Shown: piece after piece, positions 46,349 through 55,883 of the stretch
How the letters are laid out: each line of letters begins with the position of its first letter
Numbering within the stretch: the stretch's first letter is position 1
Origin: a bacterium
Lineage (GTDB): Bacteria > Electryoneota > Electryoneia > Electryoneales > Electryoneaceae
Direction of reading: 5' to 3'
NCBI GenBank assembly: GCA_963669175.1
Contig: OY769902.1
Span: 2,496,001 to 2,560,000, forward strand
DNA: 64,000 nucleotides
The notes under the pieces: generated by a model
Told to the model about the DNA's origin: nothing
The model's input: the letters and a program-made list of their open reading frames with translations, nothing else
Database searches by the model: none
Made by a program: the position numbers and the translations under genes

Positions 46349-47074
46349 TTAGTTATCTCTTTCTTCACTTTTTTCACTGCCTACTTTTTTCACTCTTTTC
46401 ACTCCGCAGTACAACAGAAGGAAGGAGAGCGCCGCCGCCGTACCGATAGTCGCGCCCAATTCCACGCTCGTAGCCAGCCAGCCCAGTACCCCCAGCGTAA
46501 CCGTGATCACCAGCCCGGCAACCAGGGATTGCGCCACACGTGTTCCCATCCCACACGCCACCCCGATCGGAATGCCGAACGCCATGCCAGTCGCTGACCC
46601 AAGGATCAGATTGCCAAGAGTACTCTCTACCACGATCCCCGATACGCTGGCAAGCACGCTAAAGACCACGCCAAACGTCACACATCCGACCACGCTGAAC
46701 GCGATCCCGGCCATCACGCCACGCACCCGTCCCAACGCCACGCTCACCAGGCTGATAACCACGCCCACCGTCATCCCGAACGCCATGCCCCACAACGCGC
46801 CCCGGACCATCTCACGGAATGTATGCACCCACCCGAACTGATGCCCGATACTCAATACGACAGCGCTGATCAGTATCGTCACCACAAAAGGAGTAATGGT
46901 CTGATGCTTGATGAAGGACACCCATAGCGCGAACAGTTCTTTCCTGTTCCCATGCGGATGGGTTGCAAGGAATGCTTCTGGCTGAAGCAGCAGGTGAAGT
47001 AGAGGATGGTTGGATGGTGGTTGCAATACGGTTTTATCCTCGATCATGTAGATCCTGAAATTCTGAATGTCCAA
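46349..47074 (-). CDS. Gly-rich multi-pass membrane protein, possibly 3'-truncated
   Basis: Repeated GMAFG/GIAF/GVTFG hydrophobic segments; tail encoded by a low-complexity GTGAAAA tract; alternative start ATG 47047. Confidence 0.55.
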   Translation of the reverse strand: MDIQNFRIYMIEDKTVLQPPSNHPLLHLLLQPEAFLATHPHGNRKELFALWVSFIKHQTITPFVVTILISAVVLSIGHQFGWVHTFREMVRGALWGMAFGMTVGVVISLVSVALGRVRGVMAGIAFSVVGCVTFGVVFSVLASVSGIVVESTLGNLILGSATGMAFGIPIGVACGMGTRVAQSLVAGLVITVTLGVLGWLATSVELGATIGTAAALSFLLLYCGVKRVKKVGSEKSEERDN

Positions 47075-47082
47075 ACTTTACT

Positions 47083-47844
47083 TTATTCTTCAATTTCTTT
47101 TTCATCATCCATATATGAATATCGCCATGATAGATGTCTACAAAGTCCTGTTAGATCAGGATAAATAACAGAATTATTAATACCCATCATGTGTAAATTC
47201 TTTCGGAATATCCAATGATCAGATTTGTTAATTTTAATTTTTATCATCTTGCTAGAAAACTTTTTATGTCTTTCTAAACGTACAATTTTTCCAGATTCAC
47301 TTATTTTATGTACTGTAAAAAGACCAGATTGCGAAGATATTCTATTTGTTATTATTTTTGGTCTTACAATTTTTGTCGTTTTTTTATTTGCCAGTGGATT
47401 ATCTTCCGAAGGATCTTCTATCCAGTCGCTATGATCTGACTTCAGCATCCATACGACTCCATATTCAGTGCCTTCAAAAAAGTCAGGACTGTCACAAACT
47501 GCAAACCATAATGCAACAAGAGAACTGTATGTCCAATCCAATAATCTTGTTGGTAATCCATAGTGTTGTGCTAACGCTAGTGAATCCCAGTCATCGTTAA
47601 TATGATTAGGTAAAAATGGAAGACTTGTTCTAATAAATTCTTTAAACATAATCTTTTCAACTTCAAATATCTCTCCTCTTGGTTTCATTCGTGCTAATTT
47701 AGGTAATAATGGCCAGTCTGAGCTCTGTCCTCTGAAAATAAAATCTACATGATTTCCTTTACTGGATTCCTTGCTTTTTTCAGATTCACATAATTCAATA
47801 AAATCTGCAATTGAATCGACGTCTTCTTCTTTGTAAAAAATCAT
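47083..47844 (-). CDS. FRG domain protein (AT-rich)
   Basis: FIFRGQS, LLPKLAR, AQHYGLPTRLLDWT, ALWFA, RISSQSGLF, IYPDL. Confidence 0.92.
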   Translation of the reverse strand: MIFYKEEDVDSIADFIELCESEKSKESSKGNHVDFIFRGQSSDWPLLPKLARMKPRGEIFEVEKIMFKEFIRTSLPFLPNHINDDWDSLALAQHYGLPTRLLDWTYSSLVALWFAVCDSPDFFEGTEYGVVWMLKSDHSDWIEDPSEDNPLANKKTTKIVRPKIITNRISSQSGLFTVHKISESGKIVRLERHKKFSSKMIKIKINKSDHWIFRKNLHMMGINNSVIYPDLTGLCRHLSWRYSYMDDEKEIEE

Positions 47845-48045
47845 GTTAAGCCCTTTCTAATCTTGTTGTTGTCAATTATCCATGATGAAAGATAGTTCTG
47901 TGGAATAGTGCTGAATCACTATCTTATCAACAATGTATTTATGTTCTGGTCAGACTAGCAACGGAATCCGCTAAAGTATCTTCTTTATGTGTCAACTGAT
48001 GGTTAGTCACTAAAAGGTTCAACCTAATACCGGTTTCAACCAGAA

Positions 48046-48070
48046 AACCCGGCCAGGCATGGCCGGGCTA
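48046..48070 (-). repeat. GTAG-type REP hairpin just 3' of a gene
   Basis: Minus strand GTAGCCCGGCCATGCCTGGCCGGG; related copy at ~57245-57268 preceded by the same GTTGGAAA. Confidence 0.65.
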
Positions 48071-48095
48071 CCCTCCAGCTTTCCAACATGCGAAC

Positions 48096-49649
48096 TTATA
48101 AAGGTATATTCCCATGCTTTTTCTTGGGATTGTAGTCTACTTTGGATTCCAGCATACCCAGGGCGGTGATTAGTTTGGGACGGGTTTGTTGGGGCTCGAT
48201 GACCTCATCGACATAACCACGCGCGGCGGCGATATAGGGGCTGGCGAAACGGTCACGGTAGAGCTCGATATATTCCTGGATCTTCTTCTGCTGTTCGTCG
48301 GGGTCTTTGATCTCGGCGAGTTCTTTCCGGTACACGATTTCCACCGCACCTTCCGCGCCCATGACTGCGATTTCAGCGCTGGGCCAGGCGAAGTTCAGGT
48401 CGCCGCGGACGTGTTTCGAGTTCATGACGTCATACGCGCCGCCGTACGCCTTACGGGTGATGACGGTGATTTTCGGGACAGTCGTTTCCGAGTAGGCGTA
48501 GAGCAGCTTGGCGCCGTTAGCGATGATGCCGCCCCATTCCTGGTCGGTGCCGGGGAGGAAGCCGGGCACGTCCTCAAAGGTGATGATCGGGATGTTGAAG
48601 GCGTCGCAGAAACGGATGAAACGTGCGCCCTTCTTTGAGCTGTTGATATCGAGTACACCTGCCAATACCGACGGCTGGTTGGCGATGATTCCCACACTGC
48701 GTCCGCTCAGGCGCGCAAAGCCGACGATGATGTTTTCCGCGTAATCCTTGTGCACTTCCAGCAGGACACCGTCATCCACAATATGCCCGATGACCTCTTT
48801 CATGTCGTAGGGCTTGTTCGGGTTCTCCGGGATGATGGTCGTCAGCTCGTTGTCCATACGGTCGGCCGGGTCGGTACACTTGAGGAGCGGCGGGTCTTCC
48901 AGGTTGTTCTGAGGCATGTAGGAGAGCAGACGTTTTACCGTATCCAGCGTCTCCATCTCGTCATCACAGGCGAAATGGGCTACGCCTGATTTGGAGGCAT
49001 GGGTGTCCGCGCCGCCCAGGTCCTCGCTGCTGACCTCTTCGTGAGTGACTGTCTTCACCACCTTCGGCCCGGTCACGAACATGTAGGAAGTGCCACGGGT
49101 CATGACCACGAAATCCGTGATCGCCGGGGAATAGACCGCGCCGCCCGCGCAGGGGCCCATGATCGCGCTGATCTGCGGGACCACGCCGCTGGTCAGGGTG
49201 TTGCGGAGGAAGATGTCAGCGTATGCGCCCAGGCTGACGACGCCTTCCTGCACACGTGCACCGCCGGAATCGTTCAGCCCGATTACCGGAGCGCCCACCT
49301 TGGTCGCCATGTCCATGAGCTTGCAGATCTTTGCGCCGTGGGCCTCGGATAGTGTGCCGCCGACCACGGTAAAGTCCTGGCTGAACACGCAGACCGTACG
49401 GCCATTGATCTTGCCGTAGCCTGTCACCACACCGTCGCCCGGGATCTTCGGCTGATCAAAGCCGCTTTCGGGGGTACGCGCCTGCACCAGCATGTCAAGC
49501 TCCTGGAACGTGCCAGGGTCGATGAGAAGGTCGATACGTTCACGGGCGGTGAGTTTGCCCTTCTTGTGCTGGGCTTCGATGCGTTTCTCGCCGCCGCCGA
49601 GACGGGCCTGGTCCTTGAGTTCACGGAGTTTGGTGACACGCGGGTCCAT
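48096..49649 (-). CDS. Acyl-CoA carboxylase carboxyltransferase subunit (propionyl-CoA carboxylase beta / methylmalonyl-CoA type)
   Basis: [54 protein letters not shown]. Confidence 0.93.
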   Translation of the reverse strand: MDPRVTKLRELKDQARLGGGEKRIEAQHKKGKLTARERIDLLIDPGTFQELDMLVQARTPESGFDQPKIPGDGVVTGYGKINGRTVCVFSQDFTVVGGTLSEAHGAKICKLMDMATKVGAPVIGLNDSGGARVQEGVVSLGAYADIFLRNTLTSGVVPQISAIMGPCAGGAVYSPAITDFVVMTRGTSYMFVTGPKVVKTVTHEEVSSEDLGGADTHASKSGVAHFACDDEMETLDTVKRLLSYMPQNNLEDPPLLKCTDPADRMDNELTTIIPENPNKPYDMKEVIGHIVDDGVLLEVHKDYAENIIVGFARLSGRSVGIIANQPSVLAGVLDINSSKKGARFIRFCDAFNIPIITFEDVPGFLPGTDQEWGGIIANGAKLLYAYSETTVPKITVITRKAYGGAYDVMNSKHVRGDLNFAWPSAEIAVMGAEGAVEIVYRKELAEIKDPDEQQKKIQEYIELYRDRFASPYIAAARGYVDEVIEPQQTRPKLITALGMLESKVDYNPKKKHGNIPL

Positions 49650-49710
49650 CGATTCGCCTCCCATGGCTGGTTGGTGGGGCTGAGCGTTGCTCGAAAAATC
49701 GTCACGTCAT

Positions 49711-50560
49711 GTCATCCCCAGCGAAAGCGGGGATCTCGTGATACTAAGAGTCAACTGATTTGTTTCACGCAAAGCCGCAAAGACCGCAAAGGAAAAGATT
49801 CAAGAATTATTGGACGTGCGGCCGAGTTGTCCTTCTTCTTTTTCACTGTCGACTTTTTTCACTTTCCTACATGTCATCCCCTCCTCACGCAAACGGGGAT
49901 TAAACAGGGATCTCTCTGTATTACGCTACCAGGTGCATTTCGTGATATTATGATCGAACCTGAAAAGTATACACCAGAACCCGGCAGGATTCAAGCAGAA
50001 GGTGTCATCCTGATGATAAAACAGGCGGGGTGGAGGTCGGGATTGGGTTACATCAGAAAAGAGATGTTTCACGCAAAGACGCGAAGACGCTAAGGAAAAG
50101 AACGCAAAGAAAGAAATAAAAGAAATGGGTGAAACCTTTTGGCCCCGCCGGCTTGAAGTACGCTGTAGCTTGCGAAGGCGTCTGCCCGGCGGTGGTCTAT
50201 TCTAATTCATTCCAAGAAGTTAGACCTCATGTTTTGTACCCTTACAACTGTATCAAAAGATTAATCCTCTAATGAATGGATATTGCACAACCGCCCGGGT
50301 GCCAGCACACCGGGCCACGAAATAGGGCCACGCATCTGTGCGCTGTAACATTTTCTTCATTCTTTTCTTTGCTTTCTTTTCCTTTGCGCCTTTGCGTCTT
50401 TGCGTGAAACAAATCGGGTGAAAGGAAGGAGTTGCGCATGATCCTCGAGATCCCCGATCAAGTCGGGGATGACATGTGGTCGGGGATGACATGTGGTCGG
50501 GGATGACATATGGTCGGGGATGACATGTGGTCGGGGGGGGGGGGGCGTGAAACAAATCAG
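49711..50560. repeat. Nested repeat cluster: GTCATCCCC units, CGCAAAG arms, composite repeat copy 3, four 17-bp tandem units, poly-G
   Basis: 16-bp IR at 49755-49770 / 50545-50560; core at 50141-50200; GTCGGGGATGACATGTG x4 (50462-50529); G13 (50533-50545). Confidence 0.8.
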
Positions 50561-50566
50561 TGAGAA

Positions 50567-52048
50567 TCAAAATCTGAAACCAACCGTCACACGGTGCAGG
50601 CCGCCACCATATTCGTTGTCCCCGGGACCGCCTTTGGGGCGTTTTGAACCATCCCCGGATTGTTTCGTCGGGTCACGGTACCAGGCTCGCACCGGGAAGA
50701 ACTGTTCAACACTGTAGCCGACTTCCCAACGGCCTGGCGTCCAGGTCAGGCTGAGCCCGAGCAGGCCCGCAAGTTGACGTTCCAGCAGGATTTCGTGCAT
50801 CTGCAAATCTTCAACCCCAAAGATAAGCCAACTGGGCCGCCAATGAGTAAACTCACCCTCCAGATAGATGTCAAACGCCTGCAGGGAAGCGGAGAACTGG
50901 AGTTGTGGATGCAGCTTGCGTGTATGCCCGAGGTTGAATCGCCAGAACGTCCCATGTGTTTCCCCGATGAAATAACGTCGATACCCGAGCAGATCAATCC
51001 AGCCGCTGGTCCAGGGCCAGATCTCGGCATGACCACGCAGTTTCCCGGTCCAATGCGAGCGTTCAACCTCAAACAGCCAGCGTGTCGAACGGGAAAGCGA
51101 AGGCTGCCATTCAGCGCCCGCGAAAAGGCCATCAAGGGTCAGTTTCAGAGTGGTCAGTTTGGCGTAAGCCAGTGCGCCTTTGAATCCATAGGCCATGCCA
51201 TCCATCGCGAGCCCACGTGTCCCGGTGTACACGGCCCAGTTTTGCTCAGCGAACTCAACACGGGCGGCGTATTTCGCGCCATCGCCCCAGGGTTGCAACG
51301 AGGGATCATCCGTATACAGCGAATCCCGTCTGAAATGGTACTGTGTCCAGTAGCCGGAAGCTGAAATGGTAGAACAGGGCTGCACTTCTCCCCAGCAGGT
51401 GGTGTGATCAGAACGTAACAGGAGATCTACCGTCCCGCTTTCGCCCTGCCACTCAGCGGCAATACGTCCACGGTCATAGTCCAGTCCAGCCTCAAATCCC
51501 AAAGCAATCTGTGGTACAGGATCGATGCGCAACGCTATAAATGAGCCGGGTTCCTCTTCATCAATCCAATATCCGCCATAGGAGAGCTGGATCATACGGT
51601 ATTGCGCGGTGGCTGTAACCTCTGCTGTCTGTCGATTCGCACGGAAATCGCTTTGCTGGTCATGATCTCCGGCAAGGATGGAAACCCGTTGCTGACGGTC
51701 GGCAAGGGTTGCATCAAAGCGGAACCGGATCGGAGTGTTCCGTTGCACATAAGCGTGTGTAGCCAGTTTCCGGTAAAAGCAGGCGTCGCCGGTTTCCATT
51801 GCTTCGGAACGGAAATAGTCCGAGTAATCCAGCGATGAACGGAACCCGACACTTGCAGAATTGTCAGCAAGCAAAATAAAGCGAGCCGGGGTATCATCTC
51901 TGATAGAACAGAGTAATCCAGTGCGGGAAGAGGAAGACTTCCCGGTGAGGTAGCCCATGAAAGGATCAGCATGGACAAGGGTAGAAAACAATACGGTGAG
52001 CAGCAATGTCGCCGTCCACCGTACATATGTATCAAACTTCCTGTTCAC
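50567..52048 (-). CDS. Putative outer-membrane beta-barrel protein
   Basis: Signal-peptide-like N-terminus from GTG 52048, amphipathic aromatic-rich strands, C-terminal VTVGFRF. Confidence 0.6.
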   Translation of the reverse strand: MNRKFDTYVRWTATLLLTVLFSTLVHADPFMGYLTGKSSSSRTGLLCSIRDDTPARFILLADNSASVGFRSSLDYSDYFRSEAMETGDACFYRKLATHAYVQRNTPIRFRFDATLADRQQRVSILAGDHDQQSDFRANRQTAEVTATAQYRMIQLSYGGYWIDEEEPGSFIALRIDPVPQIALGFEAGLDYDRGRIAAEWQGESGTVDLLLRSDHTTCWGEVQPCSTISASGYWTQYHFRRDSLYTDDPSLQPWGDGAKYAARVEFAEQNWAVYTGTRGLAMDGMAYGFKGALAYAKLTTLKLTLDGLFAGAEWQPSLSRSTRWLFEVERSHWTGKLRGHAEIWPWTSGWIDLLGYRRYFIGETHGTFWRFNLGHTRKLHPQLQFSASLQAFDIYLEGEFTHWRPSWLIFGVEDLQMHEILLERQLAGLLGLSLTWTPGRWEVGYSVEQFFPVRAWYRDPTKQSGDGSKRPKGGPGDNEYGGGLHRVTVGFRF

Positions 52049-52097
52049 CGCTTTGATCCGTTTAAACCGATCCTGTCGAGAACGCAGAGTTTTGCCA

Positions 52098-53729
52098 TCA
52101 ATACTCCAGCGTAAATCGTTTTGACCAGGAGGATTCATCGATCTGCATCATCTCTTTGATGCGTGAATCAGTCATACCCGGCAATGCACCATTCAAGGTG
52201 GGATCGGGAAGAATCCAATCATCCACGGTGTCTGCTTGCCAAATCAGAACTGGTTCAGCCACCAGATTGCCAGCCTCACGCCATTCAATATAGAAGTTCA
52301 AATATGGCCAGTCCCAATACGATTCAGCTTCCAGACACACACTCATATATACATAGGATAGCGTTGGGTCAACATAATCTTCTACCAAACCATCCCAGTA
52401 TGTGTTAAAATAATCTAAAACATTACCATAGCCATATTCATCAGAAACGACAACGGTTCCATAATGCCATTCCATTTCTCTCTGATAGTACCCAGTCACG
52501 GAATCCGGTATGTCATAAACATAATAAGAGTTGTATAAATATTCCGAATCGCCTTCCAGAAAAGTGCTGTCATAGGTGACAGTATAAGATGGCAGCAAAG
52601 CCTTGAAATTATCAATGGGGGTATAGAAGAAAGCATTGAGGGAAATTGTAAGTTCTTCGCCAGTGTCAGGATTAATGACCCAGTCGCTTTGCGATGTAAG
52701 AGTCTGGCGGACTTTGGGAATGTAATTCAGCAGACTGTCGAGATCCGCCTGCGCCATACCATCGTAAGGATCAATGCGGATGAGGTCGTTGGATTGAGGG
52801 TCTGTCTCACCTTCAAGCAGGTGAATCGCAGTTTCCAGGTGCGTCAGGGCGCTTTGCCAGGAATTGCCAGCAGAGTACATGTATTCAGCTCCACCCGGTG
52901 CAAGTGCGGCGAAGTCAGATTGCTGTTCCAGCGCAGCCATTAACTCTTCCACAGAATAGTCACCGAGGTCGAAATCATATGCGATGGATTGATAGCCGAT
53001 TGCACGCATGGAATAGAGTCCGGCCATAAGTGCATGGACATCTGTATTGTCAATTTCGATCGCATCTTCATTGGCATCACCCTGCATGCGAGGAGTGACG
53101 GTGAAGGCGAAGTCTGCATCCTGAAGAGTAAGTTCCAGCCGGTCAATCGCCGTATTCAGAGCGGGGAGGAAGGTATCCCTGACCAGGCTTTGCATTTCTC
53201 CGATGGTGACAATGTCCTCGCTGAAAATGACCAGTGGGTTCCCGGTCAACTTCGGGGAGAGGGCGGGAATTTCTGCCCAGTTTTTACCTGGGACAGGTGT
53301 AGTGCCCGGCAAAGAGGTGGGACTATCCTCTATAATGATTTCAAAGGGAATGAAATCCTCCATTGCGGCAAAACGATCAAACATGGTCTGGATTTCTTCA
53401 TTCTGGGTCAACATGGCAATGCCAAGGATACCGGCGCCAAAGTTTGCCGTGGGATGATCAACATCTTTATCCAGTGCATCCAGGTACAGATTATAGGGAT
53501 AGGTCATGTCAATGTCATTGGGTTCTTGAACACCATCATTCGCTATTGAATTAATCAGGTTTAGCATGATGGTTTCAAAAGCGTCATTGGCTTCGACCAC
53601 AATGTCATCGGCCGCATCTTTGTCATTGGGGGTGATTGGGTTATCACCATCATCATCACCACAGGAAACAAACAGGAAAAACAAGCCAAACAGGAAAACC
53701 AGTGGAGAAATCCGAAGGAACTTCTGCAT
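52098..53729 (-). CDS. Acidic lipoprotein of unknown function, paralogue 2
   Basis: Lipobox-like FVSC then GDDD; ATG 53729 follows GGAGG; aligns with 53972-55606. Confidence 0.8.
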   Translation of the reverse strand: MQKFLRISPLVFLFGLFFLFVSCGDDDGDNPITPNDKDAADDIVVEANDAFETIMLNLINSIANDGVQEPNDIDMTYPYNLYLDALDKDVDHPTANFGAGILGIAMLTQNEEIQTMFDRFAAMEDFIPFEIIIEDSPTSLPGTTPVPGKNWAEIPALSPKLTGNPLVIFSEDIVTIGEMQSLVRDTFLPALNTAIDRLELTLQDADFAFTVTPRMQGDANEDAIEIDNTDVHALMAGLYSMRAIGYQSIAYDFDLGDYSVEELMAALEQQSDFAALAPGGAEYMYSAGNSWQSALTHLETAIHLLEGETDPQSNDLIRIDPYDGMAQADLDSLLNYIPKVRQTLTSQSDWVINPDTGEELTISLNAFFYTPIDNFKALLPSYTVTYDSTFLEGDSEYLYNSYYVYDIPDSVTGYYQREMEWHYGTVVVSDEYGYGNVLDYFNTYWDGLVEDYVDPTLSYVYMSVCLEAESYWDWPYLNFYIEWREAGNLVAEPVLIWQADTVDDWILPDPTLNGALPGMTDSRIKEMMQIDESSWSKRFTLEY

Positions 53730-53869
53730 ACTTCCTCCCAAAGTGGACGTCATCTTTGAAAAGCATGAGGATGCTGTAGTAAATAATGTGATTCAAATTA
53801 CGCTGAATTCCTTTACAATACAAGCGTTCAGGGGTACTGTAACGATTTGACCAGATAATCAACCGTTTC

Positions 53870-53920
53870 AAAAAACAAGGGCACGATGAGCAGCAACTTC
53901 GCCGCTGACCGTGCCCGTTG
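53870..53920 (-). terminator. Intrinsic terminator between the two lipoprotein genes
   Basis: Minus strand GGGCACG..CAGCGGCGAAGTTGCTG..CGTGCCC-TTGTTTTTT. Confidence 0.7.
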
Positions 53921-53971
53921 GGGATGTGAACCGAATGAGAAGCTTCAATAAGCCAAATTGTTTGAAATCAT

Positions 53972-55606
53972 CTACCTGGACCAGTCAAACACCATAGTTT
54001 TTTCCCAATCCTCTGCTTCCATATCCCAGAGTTCCTTCAAGCGTGCATCAGTCATGTCAGGGAATACACCTCCAAAGGTCGGGTCCGGGAATGTCCATTC
54101 TTCGTACGAATCAGCTTCCCATGTGATGACAGGGACTGCGATATAAGAAGTCGCCTGTTCCCAGTACACACTTACTTCTGCATCCGCTTCGTCCGTTTGA
54201 GTCCATGATTTGTTTATGTAAATGTTGATGCCAACATAGATGTTTTCTTCGATGACATAGGTCGAAACCAACTCGTTCCACAAGGCAGTCCCCGGTCCAG
54301 GATCAAGCCCGTAACCATCTTCATAATAGCCAACAAGCTCGCCATCGTCCCACTCGGCCCAGCAGTACCAATACCCGGTGGCGTCCTGATCATATCCATA
54401 TACAGTGATTTCTTCATAGCTGTCGAACTCTTCCGTATCCCAGGCGCCTGCCTGGTAGGATACGGTATAGCCCGGTAGCATGGCCTTCAGGTCCTGGGGA
54501 GGATTCGTGTAATAATTATAGAGTGAAACGGTTATTTCATCGCCTGTCTCGTCATCGATCACCCAGGTTGACTGACTGTTCAGTGTCTGGCGGATTTTCG
54601 GGATGTAAGTCATGGCTGTATCAAGGTCGGCCTGTGAGGGGCCATCGTAAGGGTCCAGGCGTATGAGGTCATTCGACTGGTTATCTGTCTCAGCCTCAAG
54701 GGAGTTGATAGCAGCTTCAAGCCTGTCCAGCGCATACAACCAGGCCGTACGCGTCTCGGCCAGATGCTGGGCGCCATCATCATGCAGGGTCGCGAAGTCA
54801 GATCCCTGCGACAGCATCTCCACAAGATCATCCGGCGTGTTTTCACCCATGTCATAATTGTACGCCAACATATCATTGGTAATCGCCTGGATCCCATAGA
54901 ATCCGGACAACATGGCGAGGATATCGGTATGATCGATCTCGATCGCGTCCTCGTTCTCGTCGCCCTGCATCTCCGGTGTGATCGAAAAGATGAAGTCAGC
55001 ATCATAAGCGGTGATTTCAAGTCGGCTGATCGCAGTTGTCAGGCGTGGCAGGAACGAGTTTATGATCAGATTACGCATTTCATCGTATTCAACAGGATCA
55101 TCGTCGAACAAGCTTACGCCACTGTTCAGGAACTTGGGCGCTGTCAAGGGAAGCTTTGTCCAACCTTTTTGTGGTAACGGTTGCGTTCCCGGGAGGGTAG
55201 TGACTTCAGCGCTGTCGATGATAAACGGCATGAACTGATCCATTTCCATCATCCGGTCAAACATGTCCTGCACATCAGCGTCCTGTGTCAGCATTACAAT
55301 CTCAAGGATTCCGGCGCCGAAATTGGCGGTTGGATGTTCTGCATCCTGATCGATGGCTTCAAGGAAGAGCGAGTACGGTTCAGTCATATCAACGTCGCCC
55401 GGTTCCTGGATGCTGTCCTGTTCCATGGACTCGATCAGGTTGATCATGACGGTTTCAAGGGCGTTGTTTGCAAGGTTGACCAGTGAATCGGCTACTGCTG
55501 TGTTGTTGGGTGTTGGGGTTACTGTTTCTTCTTCATCTGTGCAGGAAACGATAAAAAACGCCAGGCAGAAAAGAACTGCAAAAGCGCACCAGGTCACATG
55601 TTTCAT
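53972..55606 (-). CDS. Acidic lipoprotein of unknown function, paralogue 1
   Basis: Lipobox-like IVSC then TDEEE; shared HPTANFGAGIL, MQGD.NEDAIEID, QSNDLIR.DPYDG, PDPT. Confidence 0.8.
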   Translation of the reverse strand: MKHVTWCAFAVLFCLAFFIVSCTDEEETVTPTPNNTAVADSLVNLANNALETVMINLIESMEQDSIQEPGDVDMTEPYSLFLEAIDQDAEHPTANFGAGILEIVMLTQDADVQDMFDRMMEMDQFMPFIIDSAEVTTLPGTQPLPQKGWTKLPLTAPKFLNSGVSLFDDDPVEYDEMRNLIINSFLPRLTTAISRLEITAYDADFIFSITPEMQGDENEDAIEIDHTDILAMLSGFYGIQAITNDMLAYNYDMGENTPDDLVEMLSQGSDFATLHDDGAQHLAETRTAWLYALDRLEAAINSLEAETDNQSNDLIRLDPYDGPSQADLDTAMTYIPKIRQTLNSQSTWVIDDETGDEITVSLYNYYTNPPQDLKAMLPGYTVSYQAGAWDTEEFDSYEEITVYGYDQDATGYWYCWAEWDDGELVGYYEDGYGLDPGPGTALWNELVSTYVIEENIYVGINIYINKSWTQTDEADAEVSVYWEQATSYIAVPVITWEADSYEEWTFPDPTFGGVFPDMTDARLKELWDMEAEDWEKTMVFDWSR

Positions 55607-55883
55607 GGTACAACTCCTTCTAAAAAGAGCACACTTCAGGTGAGAAAAAGCGACTCAAAGCAATACTGGTATAAATATACATCTAATTTTGTTCTATAGT
55701 GCGTTTTATATTCTGAAATCACTAATCTCTCGCAGTCTTTTACCGTAAATTGACGCCTCGCTGTGGTGCGGGGGAGAGTATCCACTAGTCCCACGGCAAC
55801 TGGTTTTATCGTCACGTGGCGATTTGGATGGGTGTTTCTCTTTGAATCGTTGTATATTTGCAGGAACGAACAGGGAGGAAGGT

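Noticed and set aside
2721-47844. Functional link between the macrodomain and the FRG gene as eraser and writer
   Set aside because: They are 44 kb apart with different composition; nothing in the sequence ties them together.
41394-50200. Integron attC sites
   Set aside because: The repeated core lacks RYYYAAC/GTTRRRY ends, no integrase is visible, and one interval contains a housekeeping carboxyltransferase.
50462-50545. Possible CRISPR array
   Set aside because: The 17-bp units abut with no unique spacers and no cas genes are present; it is a tandem repeat.
52260-54450. Diversity-generating retroelement target in the lipoprotein variable segments
   Set aside because: No reverse transcriptase and no template repeat differing only at adenines was seen in the window.
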